Positions 16,160 to 27,056 of a stretch of DNA of 64,000 bases are shown one piece after another (position 1 is the stretch's first letter; each line of letters opens with the position of its first letter). The notes under the pieces were generated by a model. It saw only the letters and a list, made by a program, of their open reading frames with translations, made no database searches and had not been told where the DNA came from. A program made the position numbers and the translations under genes. Source of the stretch: an uncultured Verrucomicrobiae bacterium (GTDB lineage: Bacteria; Verrucomicrobiota; Verrucomicrobiia; Chthoniobacterales; UBA10450); assembly GCA_963772365.1 (NCBI GenBank), contig CAVYXA010000003.1, positions 512,001 through 576,000 on the forward strand, in the 5' to 3' direction.

Positions 16160-17986
16160 TTGTCCGCTCAATCGGGTGATTTACTTACAGTGGAACCCAA
16201 AGCCGATGCCGCCGCAAAGGAAGGAATGCGGCCGCAAGTGCTGCGTTTGCTCAAGCTTTGGATTTGGTTCAAGCAGGCTTTCCAGCCTACAGAGCTCCAA
16301 CGCACTCTGGCTTGGGCGGGTGCGATTGGGTTTTTAGGAGCAACCTCGTCCATCCTGTTTCGGCTGGCCGCAGGGTTCGTGCACAATCTGGTGACCGGAA
16401 CTGCCACTGCCGGAATGGTGGAAACATTTGCCCGGTTACCACTGTGGCAACGGTTGATCACTCCCGCGATCGGCGGTCTTCTCGCCGGGCTGGCGATTTT
16501 TATAGGGATGCGCTGGCGCAGCCAGTTGAAAACAACCGACTACATGGAAGCTATCGTCTTGGGCGACGGCAAAATCTCCGCATCGCGAAGTATCGTGAAA
16601 TCCATCTCCGCGATGTTCAGCGTCGCCTCCGGTGGATCGATCGGTCGCGAGGGCCCAATGGTGCAGCTCTCATCGTTGATCGCATCATTGATTGGGCGGG
16701 CACGCAACTGGTCAACGCCGCGAATGCGTCTACTAGTCGGTTGTGGCGCCGCTGCGGGTATTGCTTCCGCATATAATGCTCCGATCGCGGGCGCGCTATT
16801 CGTTGCCGAGATAGTGATGTCGTCGCTGGCCATGGAAATTTTTGGCCCGCTGGTCTTCGCATCAGTCATCGCGACGCTGACTGTGCGCGGCTTCCTCGGG
16901 CGCGATCCGCTTTACGACGTGCCGGCATTTCGGATGAGTTCGACGTGGGAGATTATTCCCCACATGGTTCTTGGTTTGTTCGCTGGTTTTCTAGGGCCGT
17001 GGTTCCTCCGCTTTCTGGAATTGGGCGAACGATTGTTCCTGCGGCTGAGCATCCCCGTCTTTGTACGAATGACGATTGGCGGACTCATTGTGGGCGCATT
17101 GGCCATTCGCTATCCGGAAGTTTGCGGCAACGGCTACAGCACCATCAGCGGCATTCTTTCTGGCCAATGGCTCTGGCAAAGCATTGCCCTGATCTTGATT
17201 TTCAAAGTGATTGCCACCGGCGCGACATTTGGCTCGGGAGCGGTGGGTGGTGTTTTTACTCCCACACTGTTTGTGGGAGCGTGTCTGGGCTATCTCTTTG
17301 GAACCGTCGTTCCCGGCATTGGTCCTTTCCATCCGAACCCGATCGCGTTTGCCTTGGTGGGAATGGGAGCATTTCTATCTGCCACGACTCATGCTCCCAT
17401 CATGGCCATTCTGATGATCTTCGAAATGACACTCGATTACGAAATCATCCTGCCGCTGATGCTTGCCTGCGTAACGGCTTATTACACTTCATTCAGCATC
17501 GAGAAGCGCTCGATCTACAGCGAATCGCTGAAACGAAAAGGCGCAGGCACGTTTCGCAGCCGGTTGAGAGAACTCGAAGTGCGAGAAGTCATGACGCCAG
17601 ATCCAATCACGGTATCGCCAAAGGCGCGGTTCGGCGAGATTGGGGAGAAATTTATCGCTAATCGGTTCAATTATCTTTATGTCGCCGACAAAGGCCGCTT
17701 TCTCGGGGCAATTTCGTTGCACGACATCAAGAATTTTCTAAACACGCCGGAGCTGGCCAAGCTGGTCATTGCCCGCGATATCATGCGGGACAAATTTCCG
17801 AAAGTTCAACCCGGCGCGACTCTGAACCAGGCGCTCACTGTGTTCGCTCACCACGATGGGGAACGTCTGCCCGTGGTGGAGGATTCGGCTACGCCGCGAT
17901 TGCTCGGCAGTATTTCCAAGACCGACGTGATCCTCACACTCGCAGGCAAAGAATGGGAATTGGCAGCGTCATCCGCCGATCGGTAA
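16160..17986 (+). CDS. ClC-family chloride channel/transporter with CBS domains
   Basis: GREGP, GAVGGVFTP, C-terminal CBS pair. Confidence 0.92.
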   Translation: MSAQSGDLLTVEPKADAAAKEGMRPQVLRLLKLWIWFKQAFQPTELQRTLAWAGAIGFLGATSSILFRLAAGFVHNLVTGTATAGMVETFARLPLWQRLITPAIGGLLAGLAIFIGMRWRSQLKTTDYMEAIVLGDGKISASRSIVKSISAMFSVASGGSIGREGPMVQLSSLIASLIGRARNWSTPRMRLLVGCGAAAGIASAYNAPIAGALFVAEIVMSSLAMEIFGPLVFASVIATLTVRGFLGRDPLYDVPAFRMSSTWEIIPHMVLGLFAGFLGPWFLRFLELGERLFLRLSIPVFVRMTIGGLIVGALAIRYPEVCGNGYSTISGILSGQWLWQSIALILIFKVIATGATFGSGAVGGVFTPTLFVGACLGYLFGTVVPGIGPFHPNPIAFALVGMGAFLSATTHAPIMAILMIFEMTLDYEIILPLMLACVTAYYTSFSIEKRSIYSESLKRKGAGTFRSRLRELEVREVMTPDPITVSPKARFGEIGEKFIANRFNYLYVADKGRFLGAISLHDIKNFLNTPELAKLVIARDIMRDKFPKVQPGATLNQALTVFAHHDGERLPVVEDSATPRLLGSISKTDVILTLAGKEWELAASSADR

Positions 17987-18299
17987 GATGGATCTTTTCA
18001 GTTCCAGACTTGACGAGGCGGCAAAGTTTTGACGTGATCGATTTTGCCAAGCGCTCACTTTTTGCTATCGGAATTTGTGGCCGCACCGTTTTTGTAGAAT
18101 CGACATGGAATTTTCTGATCACGAATTTTAAATTTTATTTTGCCCTTGCGCGGTGGTTCCATAAAATCCCGCCAGCCCCTCGGACGCAGTATTAACCTTA
18201 ACCCTTCGCAACGTCTGAACAGCGCACATCCTGATTGCAGTTTTGATTCATTCCTAGGCTGGCCGCTGTGGCCGGATGGCGGTCTCGCTGCCTGAGCCT

Positions 18300-19025
18300 A
18301 TGGCGAACTTCTTTCCGCGCTGGTGCAATTGGCTGCCATTCAAAATGGCGATCTGCGGCACTCTCCTTGTTTGCGCGTTGACCGGTGCAACCTGGTATTA
18401 CGCCACCGGCAAATACACGAAAGTTGGCTATCAGCCAATTCAGCCGGTGCCGTTTCCGCATGATATCCATGTCACGCAATTGGGAATGGATTGCCGGTAC
18501 TGTCACAGCTTTGTCGAAGTTACGGCTCAATCGAATATCCCAACTACGCAGACGTGTATGAACTGCCATTCGCAGGTGCAAAAGGACAACCCGAAGCTGG
18601 AGCCAGTGAGAGCGAGTTGGAAGAGCGGCCAACCGATCGAGTGGGTGCACATTCACCTGCCGCCGGATTACGTCTTCTACAACCACGCGGCCCACGTGAA
18701 TCGCGGGATCAGTTGTTTCAGCTGCCACGGACCAGTGAACCACATGCCGGTCGTGTATGACGCAAAGCCTTTCACGATGGCGTGGTGCTTGGATTGCCAT
18801 CGGCACCCGCAAAATTTCTTGCGGCCGCAGGAACAGGTTTTCAATCTGGATTGGAAACCGAGTGATGTGCAACCGGCCGATTTCGTGGCCAAATACGGAA
18901 ATCCAAGCGGTGTAACGGAAGATTGGAGTAAGAAAAAACATCTCACCCAGGAGGAGATTGGACGGACGCTGAAACAACGCTGGAACATTAAACCGCCGAC
19001 AAATTGCCAGGGGTGCCATCGATGA
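18300..19025 (+). CDS. actA: Alternative complex III pentaheme cytochrome c subunit
   Basis: Five CxxCH (CRYCH, CMNCH, CFSCH, CLDCH, CQGCH) and an N-terminal TM helix. Confidence 0.92.
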   Translation: MANFFPRWCNWLPFKMAICGTLLVCALTGATWYYATGKYTKVGYQPIQPVPFPHDIHVTQLGMDCRYCHSFVEVTAQSNIPTTQTCMNCHSQVQKDNPKLEPVRASWKSGQPIEWVHIHLPPDYVFYNHAAHVNRGISCFSCHGPVNHMPVVYDAKPFTMAWCLDCHRHPQNFLRPQEQVFNLDWKPSDVQPADFVAKYGNPSGVTEDWSKKKHLTQEEIGRTLKQRWNIKPPTNCQGCHR

Positions 19026-22000
19026 AGCGCGTTTTACATCATCCGCCTGAGCCGAACAGAGGGAAGCGTTATTGGCGCAGCCTCGATGAGCTGAGCAACA
19101 CGTCCGAGTTTCGTCACTGGCTGGAGCGGGAATTTCCGGACGGCGCAGCCGAGCTGGAAGGCGACGAATGGTCGCGTCGAAATTTTCTCAAACTAATGGG
19201 CGCATCGTTTGCCCTCGCCGGTTTTGGATTAACCAGTTGTCGCCGGCCGGAGATGCATCTGGTTCCATTCACCAAGAACGTCGAATGGACCATTCCTGGG
19301 AAACCGCTTTTCTACGCCACCGCAATGCCGCGCCGGAGCGGGGCGATTCCTCTTGTTGTTACCACCAACGATGGCCGGCCCACTAAGATCGACGGAAATC
19401 CGCTTCATCCAATCAGCGGAGGCGCGACTGACGCTTTTGCGCAGGCCTCGATTCTCGATCTTTACGATCCCACGCGTTCGCAGCGTTTTCTTCATAATGG
19501 AAAACCGGCGGATCGCGACTCATTTGATACATATCTGAAAAAGCTGCGCGAGAGCATCGCGGCTGATGGCGGCGCGGATGCCGCCTTTCTGGTCGAGGAA
19601 ACATATTCGCCCACTCGAGAACGGTTGCGAGGAGAACTGGAGAAAGCGTGGCCGAACATGAGCTGGTGTGTTTACGACCCACTCCTGAGCCAGGCCCAGA
19701 ATTCGGCTAACAACATTGGATTTGGGGCGCACTTGAATCTCGCACCGAAGCTCGATCGGGCGGATGTAATTTTCGCGTTGGACAGCGATTTTCTCGATTG
19801 CGGCCAGGGCGATCTCGCCGCGCTGCGCGCTTTTAGTTCTCGTCGCCGGGTCAGCTCGGCCAAAGACAGCATGAACCGGCTCTACGTCGTGGAGAATCGC
19901 TACACCCTGACCGGCGCCATGGCGGACCATCGATTGTCGTGTCCCGCGAGTCAGATCCCGTTATTCGCATATCTTCTGGCTGGCAAAATTGTTGCGGGGA
20001 CAAATGACGCGGCGCTCGGTTCATTCGTTTCATCGATACCAGCACCAAACGGTGGGACAGGCATCAACGAACAATGGGTCACCGAAGCGGCAAATGATCT
20101 CTTGTCGAAGCCGGGGGCGAGTCTGGTCGTAGCTGGTCCGCATCAACCAGTGGCGGTGCAGCTTCTCGTTTATGCGATCAACTCCGCCCTGAAGAATATC
20201 GGGACAACACTGGTTGGCCGCAATGTCGCACGAAATCCGCGAACTCTGAGCATTCTGCAGTTGGCGAATGAGATCAATGAAGGCCGAGTCAAACGCCTTT
20301 TCATTTTCGGTGGAGATCCCGTTTACAACGCCTATCGAGGACTGGCGCAGGATAAACAGACCGGGCAACTTCTCGATTGGCTCGATTTGCAAAAAAAAGT
20401 GCCCGAGATCGTGCGCCTCGGCTATCACGTCGATCTGACATCCAGACTGAGTCATTGGCATGTGCCGGCGGCGCATTATTTGGAATCATGGGGTGATGCG
20501 CTCGCTGCGGATGGCAGCTTCTTGTCGATCCAACCAATGATTCTTCCGCTGTTCGGCGGTCTGTCGGAAATTGAATTGCTGAATGCTCTTCTGGGTGGGC
20601 CAAATCCGACCGGACCGGAACTGGTGCAGGAAACATTTCGCGCCACCAATCCGCCGGGGGATTTTGATACGGCCTGGTCAAACTTTTTGCGAGACGGATT
20701 TGCGCCGCACATCAAGAACCCGGAAGCAGCTCTTTCATTCAATTCCGGATCGGCTGGCGCTGCGCTCAAGGATTACAATCTTTGGAACCTGACGCCTGCA
20801 CCGAGTTTCGATTCACCTGAGATCGCGTTCGTGGGCAGCTACTCGATGGATGACGGCCGCTACACGAATAACGGGTGGCTTCAGGAGATGCCCGACCCGA
20901 TCACGAAATTGACTTGGGACAACGGTGCCATGATGAGTCCGACTTTCGCGAAACGACTCGGCGTCGAGACCGGCGATCTCGTGCAGATTACGGTTAGAGA
21001 GAAAGTGCCCGGCGGAAGCGAGCCCATCAAGCGTGAGCTGGTCATAGCTGCCCTGGTTTCGCCGGGACACGATGATGCATCGATCACAATTCCGCTCGGC
21101 TACGGCCGCAAATTACCCGAATTCGATACCCTTCCGTATGCCGGTGCGGAGGCTGCAAGTGGGTCGACGACCGAGAAGCAACGCGGTTTTAACGGCTATT
21201 TGTTGCGCGGAGCGCGAAATCCGCACTTCCTCATCGCTGATGGCGACCATATCGAAAGCGTAAAAGTTACAAAGGTTGGTCGCAGATATCCGCTCTCGAT
21301 CACCCAGGACCATTTCAGCATTGAAGGACGCGGTCTAGTCCGGGAAGCCACTCTGGAGCATTACCGGGCCGACCACGATTTCGTTCAAGAAGTCGAAGGC
21401 ATCATCGCAGAAGAACACCAACTGCCCACCATTTATACCCATCCGACAATGGATGCCCCGCAGCAGTGGGGAATGGCTGTCGATCTTAACGTCTGCACCG
21501 GTTGCAGCGCATGCGTGATTGCTTGTCAGGCGGAAAACAATATCCCGATCGTGGGCAAGCTTCAGGTCAGTCACGGCCGTGCCATGCACTGGATGCGGAT
21601 CGATCGATATTACGCCAGCGCGAAGCCATTCAATCAGGATAATGGTGAGTGGCCGCAGCACCCCGAGATCGTTCATCAACCGATGTTCTGTCAGCATTGC
21701 GAGAACGCGCCTTGCGAAACCGTGTGTCCGGTCAACGCCACGATTCACAGCGAAGATGGCTTGAACGTGATGGTTTATAATCGGTGTGTCGGAACCCGGT
21801 ATTGCGCCAATAACTGCCCATTCAAAGTGCGCCGGTTCAATTTCTTCGATTACAACCAGCGGCCGGTCGGCAAGAAGACAATCGCCGGCGAGTTTGGCAT
21901 CTACGCCGAATACATTGCTCCGTTCACCGATAAAGGCGCGCCCGATGTCGTGAAGATGCAGAAAAATCCGAATGTCACGGTTCGGATGCGCGGTGTGATG

Positions 22001-22351
22001 GAGAAATGCACCTTCTGCGTTCAGCGCATCGAGGAAGCAAAAATTGCCGCCCATGTCCGCGCCGGCGATTCGCCGAATACACTAATCCCGCGCGATTCAT
22101 TCACCACGGCGTGCGCTCAAGCGTGCCCGACGGAAGCGCTCGTGTTTGGCGATATCAAAGATCCAGAAAGCAAGGTCTCGAAGATGAAAGCGCAGGACCG
22201 AAACTACAAACTGCTTAAATATTTAAACGTGAACACGCGCGCGAGCTATCTGGCGCGCCTCCGCAATCCAAATCCAAAAATGCCGGATGCCAACGAGATC
22301 GGTGTCGCCAGTCCGATAGAGAAGGAGCCTGTGAGAGAAAAAGAAATGTGA
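19022..22351 (+). CDS. actB: Alternative complex III molybdopterin-oxidoreductase-like/Fe-S subunit
   Basis: YWRSLDEL, Tat SRRNFLK, C-terminal Fe-S motifs CTGCSACVIAC, CQHCENAPC, CVGTRYC, CTFC. Confidence 0.93.
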   Translation: MKRVLHHPPEPNRGKRYWRSLDELSNTSEFRHWLEREFPDGAAELEGDEWSRRNFLKLMGASFALAGFGLTSCRRPEMHLVPFTKNVEWTIPGKPLFYATAMPRRSGAIPLVVTTNDGRPTKIDGNPLHPISGGATDAFAQASILDLYDPTRSQRFLHNGKPADRDSFDTYLKKLRESIAADGGADAAFLVEETYSPTRERLRGELEKAWPNMSWCVYDPLLSQAQNSANNIGFGAHLNLAPKLDRADVIFALDSDFLDCGQGDLAALRAFSSRRRVSSAKDSMNRLYVVENRYTLTGAMADHRLSCPASQIPLFAYLLAGKIVAGTNDAALGSFVSSIPAPNGGTGINEQWVTEAANDLLSKPGASLVVAGPHQPVAVQLLVYAINSALKNIGTTLVGRNVARNPRTLSILQLANEINEGRVKRLFIFGGDPVYNAYRGLAQDKQTGQLLDWLDLQKKVPEIVRLGYHVDLTSRLSHWHVPAAHYLESWGDALAADGSFLSIQPMILPLFGGLSEIELLNALLGGPNPTGPELVQETFRATNPPGDFDTAWSNFLRDGFAPHIKNPEAALSFNSGSAGAALKDYNLWNLTPAPSFDSPEIAFVGSYSMDDGRYTNNGWLQEMPDPITKLTWDNGAMMSPTFAKRLGVETGDLVQITVREKVPGGSEPIKRELVIAALVSPGHDDASITIPLGYGRKLPEFDTLPYAGAEAASGSTTEKQRGFNGYLLRGARNPHFLIADGDHIESVKVTKVGRRYPLSITQDHFSIEGRGLVREATLEHYRADHDFVQEVEGIIAEEHQLPTIYTHPTMDAPQQWGMAVDLNVCTGCSACVIACQAENNIPIVGKLQVSHGRAMHWMRIDRYYASAKPFNQDNGEWPQHPEIVHQPMFCQHCENAPCETVCPVNATIHSEDGLNVMVYNRCVGTRYCANNCPFKVRRFNFFDYNQRPVGKKTIAGEFGIYAEYIAPFTDKGAPDVVKMQKNPNVTVRMRGVMEKCTFCVQRIEEAKIAAHVRAGDSPNTLIPRDSFTTACAQACPTEALVFGDIKDPESKVSKMKAQDRNYKLLKYLNVNTRASYLARLRNPNPKMPDANEIGVASPIEKEPVREKEM

Positions 22352-22377
22352 TGAAACTGTCGATCCTATTTCTTGCC

Positions 22378-22470
22378 TGTCATCCTGAGCGAAGCGAAGC
22401 GGAGTCGAAGGATCCCGTGGAAGTTAACTTAAGCGCTCACGACGGGATTCCTCGACTTCGCTCGGAATGA
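22378..22470. repeat. Palindromic element, family E (TGTCATCCTGAGC...CTCGGAATGA)
   Basis: Imperfect inverted repeat; related copies at 48541..48624 and 53281..53308. Confidence 0.8.
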
Positions 22471-22480
22471 ATAGAACTTC

Positions 22481-23942
22481 ATGGACGAAACGCCCACAGC
22501 ACCAGAGGTAATCAGAGGCGAAGCGACGGCTACCGTCGAGCGCCCGCTTTCACGCGTGCCGCTGGTGTTGAACCGGCGCAATTTCAGTTGGATCACGGAA
22601 CGAATCGCCGGTGTTGTGGAAAATCCAGCACCGCGATGGTGGTGGGTCACATTCACGATCACCGCCTCGGTTGCGATGTTCGGTTTGTTCTGTCTGGGCT
22701 ATCAAATTTCCACCGGAGTTGGCACTTGGGGATTGAATCATCCGGTTGGCTGGGCCTGGGACATCACCAATTTCGTCTTCTGGATCGGTATCGGTCACGC
22801 CGGCACCCTCATCTCAGCTATCTTATATTTGCTCCGGCAAAAATGGCGCACGTCCATCAATCGCTCAGCGGAAGCGATGACGCTCTTCGCCGTCATGTGC
22901 GCCGCAATCTTCCCGGGCGTGCACGTCGGTCGGGTCTGGATGGCGTGGTTTCTCGCGCCTGTTCCTAACAACTGGGCGATCTGGCCGAATTTCCGCAGCC
23001 CGCTTATGTGGGACGTATTTGCGGTCTCGACTTATTTCACCGTCTCGGTGCTTTTTTGGTACACTGGCTCTGATCCCTGATCTCGCCACCTTACGCGACC
23101 GCGCCGTAACGAAGATCAAGAAATTCCTATTCGGAGTGTTCGCATGCGGGTGGCGCGGGTCCAATCGCAACTGGCGTCATTACGAAATGGCGTATCTCTT
23201 GTTGGCCGGTCTTTCCACGCCCCTCGTTCTTTCCGTGCATAGCGTCGTATCGTTCGACTTCGCGACGTCGATTCTACCGACGTGGCATACCACGATTTTC
23301 CCGCCCTACTTTGTCGCCGGCGCCATCTTTGGCGGATTTGCCATGGTGCTGACTCTGCTGATTCCCGCGCGCGCGATTTTTAAACTACAGGACATCATCA
23401 CCGAGCAGCACATCGACAAGATGGCCAAAATCATTTTGTTGACCGGCTCGTTCGTGACTTACGCCTACGCGATGGAATTTTTCATCGCCTGGTACAGCGG
23501 CAATCAATACGAGCGATTCGCTTTTTGGAACCGCGTATTCGGTCCTTATTGGTGGTACTGGTGGGTCGGCATGCTCTTTTGCAACATGCTTTCTCCGCAG
23601 CTTTTCTGGTTCCGCTGGTGCCGGCGGAACATCTTTGTCGTTTATTTCGTTAGCATGTGCGTCAACGCGGGCATGTGGTTCGAGCGCTTCATCATCATCG
23701 TCGGCGGATTGCACCGGGATTTCCTGCCGTCCTCGTGGGAGCTTTTCATTCCAACGTGGGTGGATATCTGGACGTTCATCGGCACGCTCGGGATCTTCAC
23801 ATCCCTGTTCCTTATTTTCATTCGATTCCTGCCGATGATCGCAATGTCCGAAGTGAAAATCGTCTTACCTGAAGCCGATGCCCATTACGCCACCCCTACT
23901 GAGCATCATCCCATCGCTCCCGGCGGAAAGGAGCGCACATGA
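22481..23942 (+). CDS. actC: Alternative complex III NrfD-type quinol-binding subunit (frameshift near 23070)
   Basis: [54 protein letters not shown]. Confidence 0.92.
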
Positions 23943-24081
23943 GCCGTGTAAGAACGCCAAGTTGCTGTGGCGTGCGCTCTCCTGAGCGCATATTCCTGAG
24001 ACATGGCAAACATGAATCCGCTGAGGACAGCGGACGCTACAGCAATGCCCGTGATTGGCCGCGGAAAGGAGCGCACATGAG
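23923..24081. repeat. 21-bp direct repeat (RBS plus start) flanking a REPIN-like inverted pair
   Basis: GCGGAAAGGAGCGCACATGAG at 23923 and 24061; inverted arms 23962..23991 and 24016..24045. Confidence 0.85.
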
Positions 24082-24635
24082 AACGCCAGCCGGTCACAAA
24101 GTTTACGCCATGGCGGCTGAATACCCGAGTGCGGCGCCCTTTACGAAGCGGCCAAAATGGTGCGCGATGCGGGATTCAAACGCTGGGATGTTTATTCGCC
24201 TTTCCCAATTCATGGAATGGACGACGCCATGGGCTCTGGGAAAATCGTGGCTAAGCGCGGTAGTCCTGGCTGGCGGCATCACCGGTCTGTGCACCGCTGC
24301 TCTCGTGGAATTCGGTCCGTCGTCGATCCTGTATCCACTCGTCGTCCATGGTAAACCGACAAACTTCTTCACCGTTCCGGCTTTTTCCCGATCATGTTCG
24401 AGTTGACCGTTTTGTTCTCGGCTTTGCGGCTTTCTTCGCTGTGCTGATCATGAACGGTCTGCCGCGCCCGAATCATCCGATGTTTAACTGGAACCGGTTC
24501 AGTCGGGTTACGAACGACGGTTTCTTTCTGGCAATCGAAGCGCGAGATCCGCGGTTTACCGAAGTGGAAGCGCGCGAGCTTCTCGAGCGAAGCGGTGGCG
24601 AGCACATCACCATCATTCACGAGGAGGGAGCATGA
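23939..24635 (+). CDS. actD: Alternative complex III subunit D (DUF3341), frameshifted
   Basis: [46 protein letters not shown]. Alternative start at 24077. Confidence 0.85.
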
Positions 24636-25358
24636 TTCGCGGTTTTCTATTGATCTCCCTCTTGGTCGTGCATTGCGGCCCTCGCCGTGCTTGGTTTTCG
24701 TGGACAAAAAGGCACGGCGACTCCATTTGAATTGTTCCCCGACATGGTGCGCCAGATGAAGGTGCGCGCCCAAGCGCCGCTTGCATTTTTTGCCGATAAT
24801 CGCGGAGCGCGTCTGCCGGTACCCGGCACAGTTCCGATCGGTTACACAATGCCGAAGCCGCAAGACCATCGCCACGCCAGCGACGGTTGTTCCAGTGCCC
24901 GAGACATACTCGCAATCTCGACCTTCAGCGTAGGCACCGATTATTACGACACCGGGAAAATGGGCGACCAATGGGGGACTGGCATTCCGTTCAAAGTGAC
25001 GCCCGATGTCATGTGCCGCGGGCAACAGCGTTTCAACATCACCTGCGCGATGTGCCACGGCGCGAGCGCGGCCGGGAACGGCATCACCAAACAATACGGA
25101 CTGGCCACAGTCGTCAGCTTCAGGACGACCGTATCCGTAAAATGGCTGATGGCGAAATTTTCAACACCATCACACATGGCAAGAACACGATGATGGCTTA
25201 TGGCCCGAATCTGCCAGTGGCGGATCGCTGGGCGATCATCGCCTACCTGCGCGCCTTGCAGCGAAGCCAGCACGGCCTCGTGGCTGATGTGCCGCCGGAA
25301 CATCAGAGCCGAATTGGAAAAACCGAAGGCAACTCCGGCGCCTGCAGCAAAACCATGA
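24632..25358 (+). CDS. actE: Alternative complex III monoheme cytochrome c subunit, frameshifted
   Basis: PDMVRQ, GQQRFNITCAMCHG, DRWAIIAYLRALQ. Confidence 0.85.
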
Positions 25359-26563
25359 GCGCGCGATCCCAAACATTACCAACGCCCGAAGGCGAACGCT
25401 TTGAAACGGGCCGTTTCACCGGGCTGTCGATCTTGCTGGGCGTGATCGCTCTGGTTTTTCTTATCCTTTGTCTGGTTGGGGCCATCGTCGATCCTCACCA
25501 ATTCAGTTTTTCCTGGCTGTTTGCATTTGCCTTTTTCTTTACTCTTTGCGCCGGTTGCTTTTTTCTGGACCATCGTCCATCACGCGACGGACGCCGAATG
25601 GTCGGTCGTGGTGCGGCGGCAACTCGAAAATCATCGGCGCGTTCTGGCGATGATAGCGCTGTTCTTCATTCCGATTCTGTTGCTCCGACATCATCTTTAC
25701 GAATGGATGAACATTCCGCCGGGCCACGAAGCATCCCTGGACTAGCAAGCGCGCATATCTCAATTGGGGATTTCTTCGTTTTCCGGGCGGTTTTCTTTTT
25801 CGGATCGTTCATTCTGGCCACTCAATCCTTGCGCCGTTGCATTCCATTCGGCAAGATGGAGATGGAAATCCGCGGCATACGATTTGGATGCGCAAGGTGG
25901 CATTTCGCCAGTCTGCCGATGTTTGCGCTTTGCCTTACCTTCGGCGCGTTCGATTGGCTGATGAGCCTGAACTACCACTGGTTCTCCACCATGTTCGGCG
26001 TTTACATCTTCGCTGGAACCGCCGGCAGCTCGATGTCGTTGCTTGTTCTGGTCATCACCGCGTTGCGCCGGGCCGGTTATTTGAAGGATGTCGTCACCGT
26101 CGAGCATTACCACATCATGGGGAAATGGATGTTCGCCTTTGTTGTCTTCTGGGCCTATATCGGGTTCGGCCAATACATGCTGATCTGGTATGCGAACATG
26201 CCGGAGGAGACGCAGTATTTCATCACTCGAAACACGGAATCATGGTGGGCTTTGAACATGCTCCTGGTGATCGGGCGTTTCTTCGGCCCGTTCGCGATCC
26301 TGCTTTTGCGCTCGATCAAAAAACATCCCGATCAACTTTGCTGGGCGGCTGGTTGGATCGTGTTCATGCAATTGATCGACATGTACATCGTCGTTCTGCC
26401 GGCGCTGCATGGAACCGGCATCCATGTCAGCATATGGGATTTCGTCGCTCTCATCGCGATGGGCGCGACTCTCGCCTTTGTCTATCTGCGGCTCCTGCCC
26501 CGCAGTTCGCTTTTCCCCGTGCGCGATCCGCGCCTGATTGAATCGTTGAGATTGACCAACTGA
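25355..26563 (+). CDS. actF: Alternative complex III membrane subunit F, frameshifted
   Basis: DWLMSL..HWFSTMFG, FGQYMLIWYANMPEE. Confidence 0.87.
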   Translation: MSARSQTLPTPEGERFETGRFTGLSILLGVIALVFLILCLVGAIVDPHQFSFSWLFAFAFFFTLCAGCFFLDHRPSRDGRRMVGRGAAATRKSSARSGDDSAVLHSDSVAPTSSLRMDEHSAGPRSIPGLASAHISIGDFFVFRAVFFFGSFILATQSLRRCIPFGKMEMEIRGIRFGCARWHFASLPMFALCLTFGAFDWLMSLNYHWFSTMFGVYIFAGTAGSSMSLLVLVITALRRAGYLKDVVTVEHYHIMGKWMFAFVVFWAYIGFGQYMLIWYANMPEETQYFITRNTESWWALNMLLVIGRFFGPFAILLLRSIKKHPDQLCWAAGWIVFMQLIDMYIVVLPALHGTGIHVSIWDFVALIAMGATLAFVYLRLLPRSSLFPVRDPRLIESLRLTN

Positions 26564-26565
26564 AG

Positions 26566-27056
26566 ATGGCAACGCCCGTCACACTACACGAAGTGGCACA
26601 TACTCGAGCGCCGTTCTCAACCTGGCTAGGTGTTATGCTTCTTCTTTTTAATTTTCGGCGCGATCGTGCTCGCCCTCATCGGCCCAATGCCGCGCCAGGA
26701 CGACTACGAAGCGAAACGGGCTAAGACGCGTCTGGAAAAATTAAAAGCCCAGCGCGAAGAAGAGCCAAGGCACTCACGAGTTACGGTTGGATCGATAAAA
26801 CTAAAGGTGTCGCCCGAATCCCAATCGAGCGGGCGATGGAATTAACAATGGCCGAGCTGGCGCAGAAACAGCCGGCGCCGGCTTATCCAATTGCCACGCC
26901 GCCGCCGCAGGCTTCTGCTTCCCGCGTCGGCTCCGCCGTCCGCCGCTACGCCCGCTCCTTCGCGCAACGCCCAACACCCTACAGCCGGCCCTCAAGCCAC
27001 TTCTGTTTCCGGTCCAAACTCCGAGGAGCGGGCACACCAACCAGCCGCCACGATGA
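26566..27056 (+). CDS. Single-TM protein in the ActG position, frameshifted; 3' boundary uncertain
   Basis: TM helix, then YGWIDKTKGVARIPIERAMEL in an alternate frame, then a Pro/Ala-rich tail. Confidence 0.6.

Noticed and set aside
17987..18299. Riboswitch or FNR/Rex box upstream of the act operon
   Set aside because: AT-rich with a weak TTGCCC-16-TAAAAT candidate, but no convincing consensus palindrome or aptamer; a covariance-model search would be needed.
24632..26563. Apparent ActE-ActF fusion (558-aa ORF 24887..26563)
   Set aside because: An ATGA overlap at 25355..25358 and an alternative-frame ActE tail (AELEKPKATPAPAAKP) indicate that an indel created the read-through.
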